From: Xylographa opegraphella
Lineage: Eukaryota
Length of the DNA stretch: 64,000 nt
Reading direction: 5' to 3'
Assembly (NCBI GenBank): GCA_022813865.1
Contig: JALDZX010000017.1
Coordinates: 62,001-126,000, forward strand
In this document: one piece after another, positions 1-12,681 of the stretch
How the letters are laid out: the number at the start of each line of letters is the position of its first letter
Numbering within the stretch: position 1 is the stretch's first letter
The notes under the pieces: generated by a model
Told to the model about the DNA's origin: nothing
What the model saw: only the letters and a program-made list of their open reading frames with translations
Database searches by the model: none
Translations under genes and position numbers: made by a program

Positions 1-291
1 TCCTATCAAAGACGGCTGTGCTCATGTTGAATGCTACGTATTAGTAGCCTAGCTTATCGAGGATGATAATCCCTACATGGAACCAAGATTTGGTAAGATT
101 GCTGGTCGGCCAACACTATGGTCAAAGACTCTTTCGATCTTCAAGCTTCGAATGCAGTAGACCAGACATAATTGGAAATATAACGACAAGTTTTGGTCAT
201 CGAAGCATCGTAGTCGTGATTCCACGAACACCCGCCTCAAACGCCAGGCTAATCGTCGGTAAATTACTAGTGGAGGATTGAATGCACCTGG

Positions 292-3100
292 TCAGCCAGG
301 CCACGTTACTTTGGCTCCCTCAACATACTCTGCAGTGCAGTTGTCGTCATTGTCTTTCCTTCTTCTCACAGCTGTATGGAAGATGCGACTTGCCCTCCTA
401 TATGGGCTTACACATTTGTCCTCTGGTAACGTAGATTGCCGTTGAGGGCACAGAGTATCAACTTGCTTCCTTGCGGCTGGTATGAGGATAAGATAGATTG
501 GGTATATCGTGCCAAATACGGATGAAGCGACGTTCACGCAGAAAGAGTATTGGAGGCCAACAGCGTTTCTAACAGGGTACATGATGACCGGTAGGATCGC
601 TCCCCCGGATATGGCTGCTGTCAAATAGATGGAGCCTCTTTTGGTATGCGAGCCAAGGCCACGAAGAGAGATAGCAAAGAGAAGAGGGAAAATACCCGAC
701 TAAAATACTTAGTGTTATCATTGATCTTCCGAGCTTCTCCAGGACCTCAAGGATAGAAAAGAATCCACAAACCTCGAAGAATTGGCACAAGACAATCATG
801 GCGATACCAGCAGGACCCACAAGACTCATCGACAACGCCGATGTCACGATCATACCTATGAAAAGGAACAGGAGAATATGGCTCGGCTTGAAGAATACTT
901 CGACAAGAGCGCAGAGGAAGCGGCCGACTGCAAAAACTGTATGGCCAATAACAGAATAATTAAAGTATCCAATAGTAGATCTATAACCGATCAGCGATAT
1001 ACCTGTTCAAAAGCTGGTCATACTACTTTGGCGAAACAGTATCGATGTAATCCCCAAAAGCCCCAGCTACGGCTTCCTGAGTACCGACATAGCACCATAT
1101 CGAAAATACACCGAGACCTAGTGTGATGTAGACAACTGGAATGTTGAGTAGTTTTCGGGAGTTGATGTCCTGTCTCTTCTCGGCCATTTCATCGAAGTCC
1201 TCATCAGAAGCTTCCGGTATAGGCATGTAATAGAAAGCTACAGCGAGAATGACATCAAATAGCGCAATCCCTAAATATGCCCACTGAAAATCAACGAGAG
1301 ATGGTGCATCCAGTACGTTCTTGAATAGGACTTCTTTAGCGAGTAGTGGTGCTACAACTGTGCCAACAGCCTGTACTCCTTGTGATAGGTTGAGGCGCGT
1401 TTCCGCGTATTCCGGAGGACCGCAGAGGGCGACGAAGGGATTTGCGGCGACCTCCAATATGGAAACACCAAATCCAACCAGAAAGTTCGATACCAGGAAG
1501 GCGGGAAAAGAGGTCAGCACTCCAGAGGGCCAGAAAACCAATGTGCCAGTACTATATATACATAAACCTGTGATAAATGTAGCTCTGAAGCCCCAGCGCA
1601 AAAACACTAAGCGGCCGACGGTAAGCGGGCCAACAAGGTATGCCCCGTAATAAGCGGCGTGAAGTCCAAGTCCTTGGCCAGAAGTCGTACCAGCAACCAC
1701 TTGAAACTGCGAGTTCAAGACGCTGAGTAATCCATATGCGAATCCCCACATGAAAAATAAAATGGTAACAAGCGCTAACGGTACGAGGGATTCTTTATTG
1801 CTCAACTTGGTCATTGGCTTCTTCTCTTTCATATTATAAAAGTCAAGGTACGCAGTGCTAGGTCTTTCACTTCTTGTTGGAGTGTTCAATACACTATTCT
1901 GCATGTTCGTTGTACTCCACGATGTTTCAGGTGTCGTCAGAAAGTCCATCATATCCACGTCGTCTTCATTTCCATGTAGAGCCGACGGTAGAGGTTCTCG
2001 TGGGATACTCGGAGACAATTGTGCAGCGCCACTCGGAATGGTCTTCAGATTTTGTGGCGAGCTTTTAACATAGTCGAGGTGAGACGCATCGTTCGGGTCG
2101 CTGATATCACGTAGGATACTGGGGATAATCCTTGCGGCGAGCGGCTTTAGAGCTGGCACACATGCACAAATTATACCAGTATGAACCTCAATTGCAGACC
2201 ACATGAACGAAAGCGAGACATACCACGAAAAATCGTCTTGCTCTGAGATCCTCGATGTAGTGGCATCTTGCCTGCCGAGCTCCTGCAATCGTATCTGGAA
2301 GGCTGACTGCAAATATGAAATACGGACCACGTCAACAGCGGTAGCAAATGCGCCAAAACTGAAGGTAAGTATCAGGATGATGTGTTGGCGCCTGGGCAGG
2401 TGCATCGCAGTCAACATGGGCATCGGTAGAAAGAGAATTGCCAGATCGGTGACAATGTTCACCGGAGCAGACGAAAGATAGATTGTGACGATGTCGATAC
2501 ATGTTGCGGTTGGCGGTGCTACCTCCTTGAAGGCTGCTCCGACTGGACTGCACTGGAACACATTAAGTAACGTTAATGCTAATCCAGCGGCATTGACGGC
2601 GATCAGATTTGCCAAAGTCATCCATCGAAAGATCTGCCGGTTTCTCGACAACGTAAGATAAAAGAACAGTATTGAGGTCTTGGTAGCCATGAGAACAGGG
2701 TTCTGAGATGAGTATCAGTGATATGCCTCGGCCGAGGAAATTCCCATTCATACATATAGTACTGAAAAGGCATATTCCAACTTTCTGAGCGCAATTTGTG
2801 CCTCCACAGATATATCTGTTTCATGGTGACCGAGTCCATTATGAACACCCCAGCATATAGAAAAAGAGAAGCCGAATGCGAGAAACTGCCTCAAATCAGC
2901 GTGGGCCAATTGACTAACACAGGATTGAACGCAGCACATACCCACGCCAATACAATAAGATAGTCATCAAGGGTCACCTTCTTTACGATACCGATTCGAG
3001 ATACCAGCCTTAGAGCCACAAACAGAGTTGAAGCTCCTAGAAAAGCAACTGTGACCGCCAAAACCACGGGACCTCTGTCCTGAACCGCAGGCGTAGCCAT
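292..3100 (-). CDS. Fusion of an N-terminal PTH11-like rhodopsin (7-TM integral membrane) domain and a C-terminal FucP/glucose-galactose-type MFS permease; 5 exons
   Basis: Exon 1 (..VALRLVSRIGIVKKVTLDDYLIVLAW), then NIVTDLAILFLPMP and WSAIEVHTGIICACVPALKPL, are PTH11-family motifs. The same exon (ORF 1023-2690) continues into LFFMWGFAYGLL, LEVAANPFVALCGPPEYAETRLNLSQG and, after introns, SGIFPLLFAISLRGLG, which are FucP motifs. Introns at about 2886-2941, 2704-2755, 981-1026 and 700-772. Confidence 0.85.
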
Positions 3101-4006
3101 AACTAGACATTGGGTCCATACGAATCAATCTTCAATGTCATGAACCTTAGCAATACCTATACCGGTAGCCCTCCTCAATTCTAACGTATCCTAGACAGTC
3201 TGACTGACGGCATAGCACTCTGTGATGACGGCGCAACGAACATGGAGAAAGCAAGCCGCGGTGGGAGACCTCTTTCGGTACGGAGTAGGAGGCTCTCCAT
3301 CACTCCATGATCAGCGGCAGGCATCGCCCGGCTAGGGTGGCCGGACGTTCGGCAAGCTCGCTGTGACCCAACCACATGTGAGCTATCAGAGTCCTACCCC
3401 GCAATTACGTCGGTTGGAATGTTTGGAGGGTGGCTGGGATGCCAAGACATATATCAACGCCACGGTCGCTTGTGGCGCAGCACCCATAATTCCTCACATC
3501 AAAACATCTCGCATTCGTTGGTAATCCAGTGTGTCACTAAGATTGACGGCATCATGTGTTACAATGTGATCCAACCCAGATTCCATGGACAAACAATTCG
3601 AATACAAGCAGCCTGTGAGGCCCGAGAAGTATGACTGCCGACTCGGAAGGCTGCGACACGAAGGATGACCCTATTATGCCGCCTGATTGCGCAAAAGGCC
3701 CATGAGTCTTCCAAACGAGGAACCAGATCATTAAGGGAGCAACGTTTGACTCTCAGGCGTATGGCCGGTTTTGGAAAGCAATAGAAGGGACATCTTGATG
3801 ATACTATGGTCAATAACTAATAGGAGGCATAAAAGACCACAGAACAAAAATTAAAAGTATATTATCCAAGAAAAAATAGCAACGCAAGAGTAATCAGCCT
3901 AGAAGCAACAAAACTCCAGGGCATCCGCAGATGTGACAGATGGCAACGCTCATATGACCACAGAAACAAACCAGGCCGAGGCACAAAGCGAGGAAAGATA
4001 TGAGAG

Positions 4007-5837
4007 TCATACATATTGTGCTTGAGACTCCCATTCCTCATCGTCATTACCAGCCGCCGTCATCGTGTTCTGTTCCGGCTCCGAGGTCTCCAGCTCTTTT
4101 GCTGCTCCGCTGTCACTGGCAGCAGCTCCACTTTCTGCCCTTGCCGTGTCGTCCCTCACTGGGGCTGTCCAACAACTGCTCTGCCACGGCTTGACTCGCG
4201 CGACGTACATATTGTCCACTTCTTCCATTGTCCTGCCTTTGGGCTCTATAACAAAGAAATAGACCGTCGCTGCAGCAGTCGCGCAACAAGCCGCGAAGAG
4301 GTAGCCATATCGATAGTCGATGGCAGAGGTGACGAATGGCGTGAAGAAGGCAATCATGAAAACCCACGACCAGTTCGATGCGATAGCCAGCGACATGCAG
4401 ATAGCTCGGTAGCGAGCAGGGTAGAGGTCGGCCGTAACACCTTGAAAAAATAATTAGTCTGAACACGTTGCTGGATGGCCGTACTTACCCCACACCATTG
4501 GCCCCCATGTGCTTGCAAAAGCCGCGATGAAAAGACAAGCGAAGACGATCATGGCTGCACCTGCCTTGGGCGTTCTCTCCGGATCCTGCTGGTCGAGAGC
4601 AGAATGGCCAACACTGGCAAAGACCAAGAAGCACATACACATCCATGTAGCACCAATGATCAGGCACGGACGACGTCCGAACTTCTCAATCATCCACAGG
4701 CCAGGGAATGTACAAACCACGTTAACTGTTCCCAGGATGATCTGGATAACAAACGGGTTGTCCATTCCGGTGGCGCCGAAGATGACTGTTCCGTAGTAGA
4801 AAAAGAAGTTCGCACCTGTCAATTGCTGGAACGACATAAGAGCAATTCCAAGCAACGTCCTGTATGCCATGCGAGGACCAGTGAAGATCTCATACCATGG
4901 GCGATCGCCGCTGGCCTCCTCATCGTTGAGCTTCTGCTCCATCTCACGAAATTCCTTGGCCACCGTTGAATGATTCTGCGCAACGCCAAGGTAGCTGCAC
5001 ATGACCTCTCGTGCTTCCGTCTTTCGATTCTCGCGAAACATATATTTTGGGCTTTCGGGCATGAAGACCATGCCGATGCCCAAGATCAGAGGCCAGAGGA
5101 AGCTGATGCCCAAGGTGATGCGCCAGGAAGCAGAAGACTCGATGCGTTCCGTGCCAAAGTTAATGATATTGGCGACCAGAATTCCAAGCGTAATGAGCAG
5201 CTGGAAGCACCTTTTCTATCGTAAGCTCTGAGACGATACTATCACTGGTTGTTTACTTACGAAACTGCTGTCCCCCGGAAGTGTGTTGGTGCCGACTCAC
5301 TCACATACAATGGGACTAGTATTGATAAAGCCCCAATGCCGAGTCCTCCGATGAATCTGCCCACGACAATCTGATACCATCCGTCGTTTGAAGAGATCTG
5401 TATGATTACTCCAGCGATGGAAACAATGCACCAAGCGGATATCGATCGTCGTCTTCCAAACCTATTGGCTATCGGTGCTGCGATCAAAGCACCGAAGAGA
5501 TTTCCAATGGCCAGCTGTCAGACAGTCAGTCAAGTTCAATGGTGCAACATCACTAACTTACCAATCCTACGATCAACCCAGCGCGAACGTTGCTGAAGTA
5601 GTACAAGCCGGTAATGGCATCGTACTCTCCAAAGCGCTGTCTGAAATTATCCATGGCTAAGAAGCCAGAGATCTGACCCACATCAAAGCCGAAGATCAAG
5701 CCTCCCATCGATGCCAAGATAGTCATGATGAGGGTTCGCGTGGTATAATATGGGGGAGGGGACTCATCGTGTCCCCCATTCTCCACCACAACAGCCGCGT
5801 GCGGCATTTCCGTTGTGAAGTCGTTTGCGGTGCTCAT
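4007..5837 (-). CDS. MFS sugar porter (hexose transporter-like); 4 exons
   Basis: Motifs GGLIFGFDVGQISG, NRFGRR, YVSESAP, PESP, FQQLTGANFFFYYG, EKFGRR, WGPMVW and EPKGRTMEEVD lie in ORFs joined by GT-AG introns. Confidence 0.93.
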
Positions 5838-8727
5838 CTTCGATCTCGACGGCTATCGGAAGTTTTCAAGCGATTACTAAGATTGAAGGTGATAGTGGGA
5901 ATGCTGAAAACCGTCCACTCTTGATGTCAGCTTTGAGAATTTATCTCAAGGATAGAGAATATGCCAATGGAGCAGCGGTGTGGAAGACGAAAGCGAGTGG
6001 AAATTAGAAGTTATTTATTCTTGAAGAGTATTGATGGGTGTTGGGAATCGAGATGATACTGATCAGAAGTCGATAGGGAGAAAGAAGGTCATATATACTC
6101 AACAATCGAGGAGGACGCGAAGTCCAAAGCCAGCCAGCATGAGATCCACGTCGTAATTAAGCCACATATCGGATATTCGTCATGACATAGTACGGATACG
6201 GAGCCTCTCATGTTCTCTAACGGAAAGCAATCGTGGATACATGGTTGGCTACACTTAGGCTTCGTAGTGAGAAGATTTCGATGAGCAAGCATCACGTATC
6301 CATAGGAACAAAGACTATGTAAGAAGTCAAGACGTGCCATAATGATGCGCTCATGAGTCTAGACTACGAACTTTACAGGTTTTTTATGGAGCAGTGGCCA
6401 CCTCCTCTGGTATCCACTGCCATTTACGATCGATCGTGCTTGGTCCTGGCTTCCAGAAGCTGGATATCAGCGGTACGGAAAGGGCCGCAAGAGCCACCAG
6501 TCTGCCACGTAAGGCAGGAACAGCCATTAAAAGCTTAAGCCTCGACTAAATCGAACTGGTGTCCGAGCACACCAATTCGACATCACAGACAACTCGCCTC
6601 GGTCCCTCACAAATTCACAGTCCGAATTTGTTTGGAGAGTATTGCAACTTTCAAGCCACGTCGGAATTCGTATGTGATTTCTCTCCGGCGAGAACATGTG
6701 ACAACGATACAGTAGAGTACAAGAGGTCGAAGTTTGAGAATTTGAAGAGTGTCTTGCCAACATAATCCCAAGAGTCCTCAGTGGTGGAGTAGAGAGTGGG
6801 TCCCAGCCTTTGAGTACCCTTCATGGATATCTTCGATACCAAGAAGTGTAGGTAATCACTAGAAAATGTTTTGCGGGGGCAGCCACAGTTACGAAATTGA
6901 CAGAAATCGTCGGATCTAATATTGGAAAGGTGTACACTTGTCATCGATAGACTGGAGGCGGCCTCCTCGTCTTGTAATATGGGTCCAGCAGTGGCTAGGT
7001 GAATGGTCGCCGCACACGGTAGGTCTCCGCTCAATCGCGGAACGAAGATAAAGGTATAGTTCGAGCGCTCATCTTCAATCCTTGTTACTAAGCAAGTATC
7101 ACATGTCAGTAGTACCATCTTGTCTTGTGTGCGCAAGTGCTAGCCGTGACTTCCTGGAAAGCTTCAGATACTATAGTGTTCATTTTCTGCACATGTGCCA
7201 TGTACGGGGTCGTGGCTTGAGCAATGCGGCAAAGGCTTGAGCAGGCGTCTATACGAAAGCTGGCGAGAATATCTAGGCAGAGCATGCATCTTGCACGTAC
7301 CTGGATTTCATTCCGCTTCGAAGGGACGAAACATTATGGCTCTGTCTACAAGCCACGGCGGTCCTGGGGCGAATGCCAAGATCCAATCACTCCCTAAGCC
7401 TACCGCCAGATTGCAATATCGTATCGAGTGCCATCATACACCAGCACGAAATCGATATACGCTTCTCTGGAATATCTATGTTCTGATCATGCCAGCGGTT
7501 TACCTAACGCAGACCTTATGAACCACTCAATCGCTGTTGGCTATCGATTTCTTGCAAGGAAGGTGAAGACATCCGTGGATTCTCAAATGTGCCACCCGCA
7601 GACTCGACTTCACAACCCGTATGTGGCATAGTCCATCCAGGCACGAGTAGACTCGTGGTCGGAAGGGTTATGCAGTGCAGACTGAGAGAGGGTGAAGAAC
7701 TCATAACCTGATAATAGCTACAACTTGATCTGCAGAACTTCCGAGAAGCCATGTTATCACCAAAGATACCGTAACTATAGCGCTCGACACGATACAGTAC
7801 CTTGAGGACCGCATCCAGCAAACGTTTCATCTCGATATTTCCGTCGTCGACCTCCCCATCGGGCAAAAAATTCTGCCATTATGCAAACCAGCAACGCTAC
7901 ACCCCTCGCTCGCTCATGGCGCAAATGCCAGGCCCCCGAGTTATCTGAATCCCCGCATCGAACACACTTCCAGATCTATCGGCGACGTACTCTGTTATCG
8001 AGCCACACCCATTTCCGCTCAATGCCCCGAATTCTCTCCATCCCTGACCGGCATCCGCAGCACCTTCCCACAGCGCAAAATGGCACCCACCCATCTCTCT
8101 CGATTCCCGAGCAAGGGGACATCTGGGCCATCGCTACCTCAAATGCGAGCCACACGCACGGCAACGTGCTACCACAAAACCAGAGCAGGAGGTCCCTGCT
8201 TGGGAACGAGGAGGGGATTTCCGTCCGAGATCTGTGGGTCAAGGGAGCGCTGGTTCAGTAGGCATGAGAGACTCGTCTGCGCTCCTCACTCCGAGAGCCA
8301 ATAGTTGCCAGGATGGGAAGGTCAGATGGGAGTGGTGGGAGGGTTGGGGGCATAGTGTGCATGTGTCATGATCTCGAGACTGGTCGTTGATAATGCGGTG
8401 GTTGCAGCGGGTCTATGGTTGTTGTATCTGCGTATGCGCAAAAGAGGTTCTCGTTGAGCAAAAAGAAATATTGGGATGAGGGATGAAAGGTACGATGTTG
8501 TCAGATGCAGAGAAGCTCCAAGCTATGCGCTTGGAAGTGTAGTGCTCGAGCTGTATACAGTCGAAGATCATCAAAAGGTCTGGGGCTCCATATATAGGGA
8601 GGCACTCAGCACCAGATCCGGCAGCTCTATCGTCGCGAATATCCCGAATTATATCGATGGCTTACGGTCAATCGGACTGAATGCTCACAAACCTGTCTTA
8701 TTTAATTTCGTCCTATCAGGGCACTGT

Positions 8728-10425
8728 TTACCATGTACCTTTTTCCGGGGCTCCCACCGTCGTTTCGTTGGATTGTGTGGCGCCATATGCCGTCGGCACC
8801 GCTTTCTCCACATCCCGGCTGTTCTCCTCCTTCGCTCGCTTCGCATCCTGCTTTATCTTCTTCTCTGCCCTCCACCGTGGACCCCATATCATAGGCGCCC
8901 ACCACATCGCACTCGTCAGTATCCAGATAAGGGTCACCATCGTACCGGTCCAGCCGCTGCCGATGCTATCAAGCAGTGGTATCACGGCCGCCACGCCTCC
9001 TGCTCCGAGGAGGCAGCGCACTAGGTTCAGTGCGGCGGAAGCTGCGGCTGAGCTATCGGGATGACAGTCGACTACCAATACGTTCAATATTTGGAAGGAT
9101 CCGGAGAGCACGTAGGCATTGAGGAATAGCAGAACGACCACGGCCGCGAGTGGCGGGTTTGGCAATGACATGACCCACCCGTAAGGAAGGAAGGCCGCGC
9201 AGCCGAAATACACGAGTGGTAAGCCAATTTCCAGCCGGGCCCGTTCGACTGGAAAGTTTTCTATGCTCTGTTGCTTTCCTTTGACGATCTCTATACCCAG
9301 CTTGCGGCAGTGTCGCGAGAAGTTCCAGTCAATGGCGCGCCCAACGGTCGTACGAGCAACTATAGATCCGCAGCCGATGGGAAGGTAACAGAGGCCGATT
9401 TGGATAGAGTTGAAGCTGTAGGCCCTTGCGAGTTGTGCCGGAAGACCGGCCATGATAATGTAAAACCCGGCGAACAGTATACCCCCATACAACAGCAGAA
9501 GAAAGCTTTCTTTCTCGAGTAGGATTGGAAGAGACGATAATATGCCCGGTCTCCTCTTATTCTGTACTGTTTCCTGAGATAAAGCCACACCATCCTTGCG
9601 CTGTTTCCGGAGACGGAAATAGGCAATCAAAGATATGTTCCATTTCTGCGCAGCGACGGAGCCATTTCCCACAATGTTTCGGCAAGTTTCGGGTATGAAT
9701 ACAACGAAAACGGTCAACATGAATCCGGCGTAGATGGTCAGAAACCAGAAAATAGACCTCCAGCCAAGGAAATGTGCTAGAAGACCTCCGATGACTGGAC
9801 CGAGCGCGGGGCCTAGAGATGTGCCTAGTGCGGCATAACCGATATATTTGCCTCGTTCGGCACGGGTAGCAATGTCTGAGACGACTCCGCTAGAAAGAGC
9901 AACAGTGCCACTACTTCCACAACTCTGCAAACAGCGGAGCACTAATAGAGCCACAAAGTTGGACTGTATAGCAAGACCTACGTTGGCGCAGATATAAACA
10001 GTAAAGCAGATCAAATAGGCAGGTCGTCGACCGTATCGGTCGGAGATACCTCCCACTATAGTTGGTGCAAGACCTTGGAAGATCTGCATAATCGAGTTAG
10101 CGTACGACCGTACAAGAATAGACAGACAGCTTATCCTCACCATGTAAGTTGTGACAGTGAGATTAATATTCGCGAGTGTAGTATTCAGGTCTGAGGCGAT
10201 GATGTTTAAAGCAGGGTAGTAAATGCTAGAAGACACGGGTGACGCAAAAGCTGCACATGAAGCGATATAAACGTAGAGCTTTTTCTCGATACTAGGGAAA
10301 GTGGAGAATTGTGACTCTGTGTCATCTTTGTTCGCCTCCACAGCGAGTGCATTTGAAGATTGAGCTTCTTCAGTGACTGAAGTGCTTGCAGTTCGAGGTG
10401 TTTCCATCAACGCAATCATAGTCAT
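8728..10425 (-). CDS. MFS drug:H+ antiporter (DHA1, QDR-like)
   Basis: Motifs SSIYYPAL, SDRYGRRP, LRCLQSCGSS, GPALGPVIGG, GWRSIFW and PET. One in-frame 57-nt intron at 10084-10140 (GTGAGG..GCTAAC..CAG). Confidence 0.92.
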   Translation of the reverse strand: MTMIALMETPRTASTSVTEEAQSSNALAVEANKDDTESQFSTFPSIEKKLYVYIASCAAFASPVSSSIYYPALNIIASDLNTTLANINLTVTTYMVRISCLSILVRSYANSIMQIFQGLAPTIVGGISDRYGRRPAYLICFTVYICANVGLAIQSNFVALLVLRCLQSCGSSGTVALSSGVVSDIATRAERGKYIGYAALGTSLGPALGPVIGGLLAHFLGWRSIFWFLTIYAGFMLTVFVVFIPETCRNIVGNGSVAAQKWNISLIAYFRLRKQRKDGVALSQETVQNKRRPGILSSLPILLEKESFLLLLYGGILFAGFYIIMAGLPAQLARAYSFNSIQIGLCYLPIGCGSIVARTTVGRAIDWNFSRHCRKLGIEIVKGKQQSIENFPVERARLEIGLPLVYFGCAAFLPYGWVMSLPNPPLAAVVVLLFLNAYVLSGSFQILNVLVVDCHPDSSAAASAALNLVRCLLGAGGVAAVIPLLDSIGSGWTGTMVTLIWILTSAMWWAPMIWGPRWRAEKKIKQDAKRAKEENSRDVEKAVPTAYGATQSNETTVGAPEKGTW

Positions 10426-11861
10426 TCACCTAAACTTTTGCAAAAGTGCAAGAAAAAGAAACGACTCTCTATCCTCGAGAAGATAGTCAACCGGTAGCAG
10501 AGAACACCAAGCAACAAGCACTTAAGAAAGAGGGCCGGGGGCCGCATATATAAAAAGCATCATGGTCGTGCCTTGAACATACCCCAATGTAGTGTCACTG
10601 CATTCAAGGGAGGCAAATGCCTCTATACCCGCTTAAGTCCATTGATGTGCATTAGTGGACCGGTAGCACGCGAGGCACGTCACATCAGCCGCAACTCTCG
10701 GTCCGTTCGGCGGGCCGCAATCGGCATCATTGCACGTGCTCGTATGCGGATGTAGATACATCAGTTATCTGGCTGGAATGTAGCGTGCTGAATATTGTTC
10801 TTGCAACATTTCTTTTAGATAATACCTTATGAATCATAATAAGATGGATTAGAATGTGATATGGTGCCCTGTAATATAACTGGTGCATTCGATGCGCCTC
10901 AACAAACTCATAACGTCCCCTCGGGTCAAAAGATCATCAAATCTCCTCGCCCCTAGCCCTCTCTTCTGCCCTCTTTTGCCTCCGTCGCGTACCTCTCGTA
11001 GCCTCACTCCTTCCCCTATCGGCCTCTCCCTCATCCTGCGACATCTCTGCTTCTTGAGTCACCAGCGCCCCTGAGATCATCTTTGCAGGAACTCATTAGC
11101 AACAAAGATCTACATCTGGATGTGTAGAGCAGTGAAGTCCCCACATCACCCGCGTCAAAATCAGCCCAGATCGACGCAAGTCTCTCCGCTGTCGATGGAA
11201 GATCTACGAATTCAACCATAGGCCCCGCAATTCTCACTTCGTGATTCACAATGGGCGCCTGTGCTAGGTCTTCTGGGCTGTCAGGAGCTCTCTCGTCGAT
11301 ATCGACGAGATCTCGTCTATGATCGTTGCTAGAAGCAGGTTCGTCTGATGGCCGTGTGAAGAAAAATATAACGACTTCGTGCACGTAAGGTGGGAGTGTT
11401 GGGTTCCCAGTACCCGAGACTCATACAGTATCGTGCGCAGGGCCAGGGAAAGGAGTTGAAGGAGTAAGAAGGTATTCGATCTGACGAGTTGCATTGCCGT
11501 TAGACCGTCTTGATCTGAGATTTTTGCTATCTCTAGAGCGGTAGAGGCTGGTGTGTGACTGGGTGGAGGTTAAAAAAGGTCTGCAGGAAGTATTTAAGCC
11601 GACAACGAGAGATAACGCATTGTACTGCTGAATTAGGAAAGGCTAAGGTCTGATACCTGGACTTGAACTTTTTAATGGTCGCCGAAGCGTGCTCTTGTGA
11701 ACGAATTAGAGACATGTCCTGGGATATTTGACACTGAAACGTCTCCGTCCGTGCTAAAAGTTTCATGCAGAATTAAAGAGCGGAAAGAGGCCTCCAATAG
11801 GGGAGTGAAGAGAGGTACAGCCAAGCTTGATTATGTACAAGTTGTCATAAGAAAATATGGC

Positions 11862-12681
11862 TTATGTGGCCGATGGAGTTAGACCGGTGTCTTTCCGGTA
11901 GGAAATCTTCTCTACATTGACATTCTCTACGCCATTTGCGTCAGTCTTTAGTGTGTAGATATAGAGCATGAGGACATCTCCTTGAACCTGCTAGCAATCA
12001 GCCGACGTTGAGCTCGCTGTACCCGTGTTCTCCCCGACAATACACTGGATGAACACGATCCATAACTTACGTCCATCAAGCAGAAACTGGGTACCGGGTT
12101 CTCTCCCTCTGCCCACCATCCGCTTCCTACAGCCCCTGTGGCACTCCCTGGGTTCACGAAGAACTTCCCCTCAAGCTCGTAAGCCTCGAACCTATGCGTT
12201 CCACCCCATAGTAGCACATCAACGTCCATATGTCTAGCTGTGATCAATAGTGCGTCCCCATCTCCAGGCGGTATGATCGTATGGCCATGTGTAAAGCCTA
12301 CCCGGAGCGAGCCATGTGTAACGACTTTCTGTGGAGGTAGGTTCGGCGCTTCGACGTCAAAGTCACCTTTGACAATTTGAAGATCAGGTGCTATGCCTCG
12401 TAGGAAGTCGTAAGTTGTATTGTCGGTCAGGTTACCAAGACACAGTATTTGTCCGATCTTGCCAGGGGCTAGAAGCTTCTTGAACTGCAGATTCAATGTT
12501 CAGTTAGGTCATACATATAGGAGAGCGACTTCTGACAATGGCACATTAAGGGCGACGAACCTTGGCCGGTATGTCCTGCAGTTCGTCAGTGGGTATCAGG
12601 ATGGTCGATGAAGAAAGCACGTACGGGCGCTCGATCAGGTATGAAAAGATCGCCAAGTACGAGAACGAGTCGTGAAGCCAT
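11862..12681 (-). CDS. VPS29: Retromer subunit Vps29; 4 exons including a 15-nt exon at 12561-12575 (DIPAK)
   Basis: Spliced protein reads [70 protein letters not shown]. Confidence 0.96.

Noticed and set aside
6527..8400. Several 100-185 codon open frames, including 6651-7136(-), 7516-7866(-) and 7881-8261(+)
   Set aside because: No recognisable motifs, and attempted spliced models hit stops. A decayed gene cannot be excluded.
10084..10140. 19-aa insertion in the DHA1 ORF translation
   Set aside because: It is an ordinary in-frame, stop-free intron with a canonical donor, branch site and acceptor.
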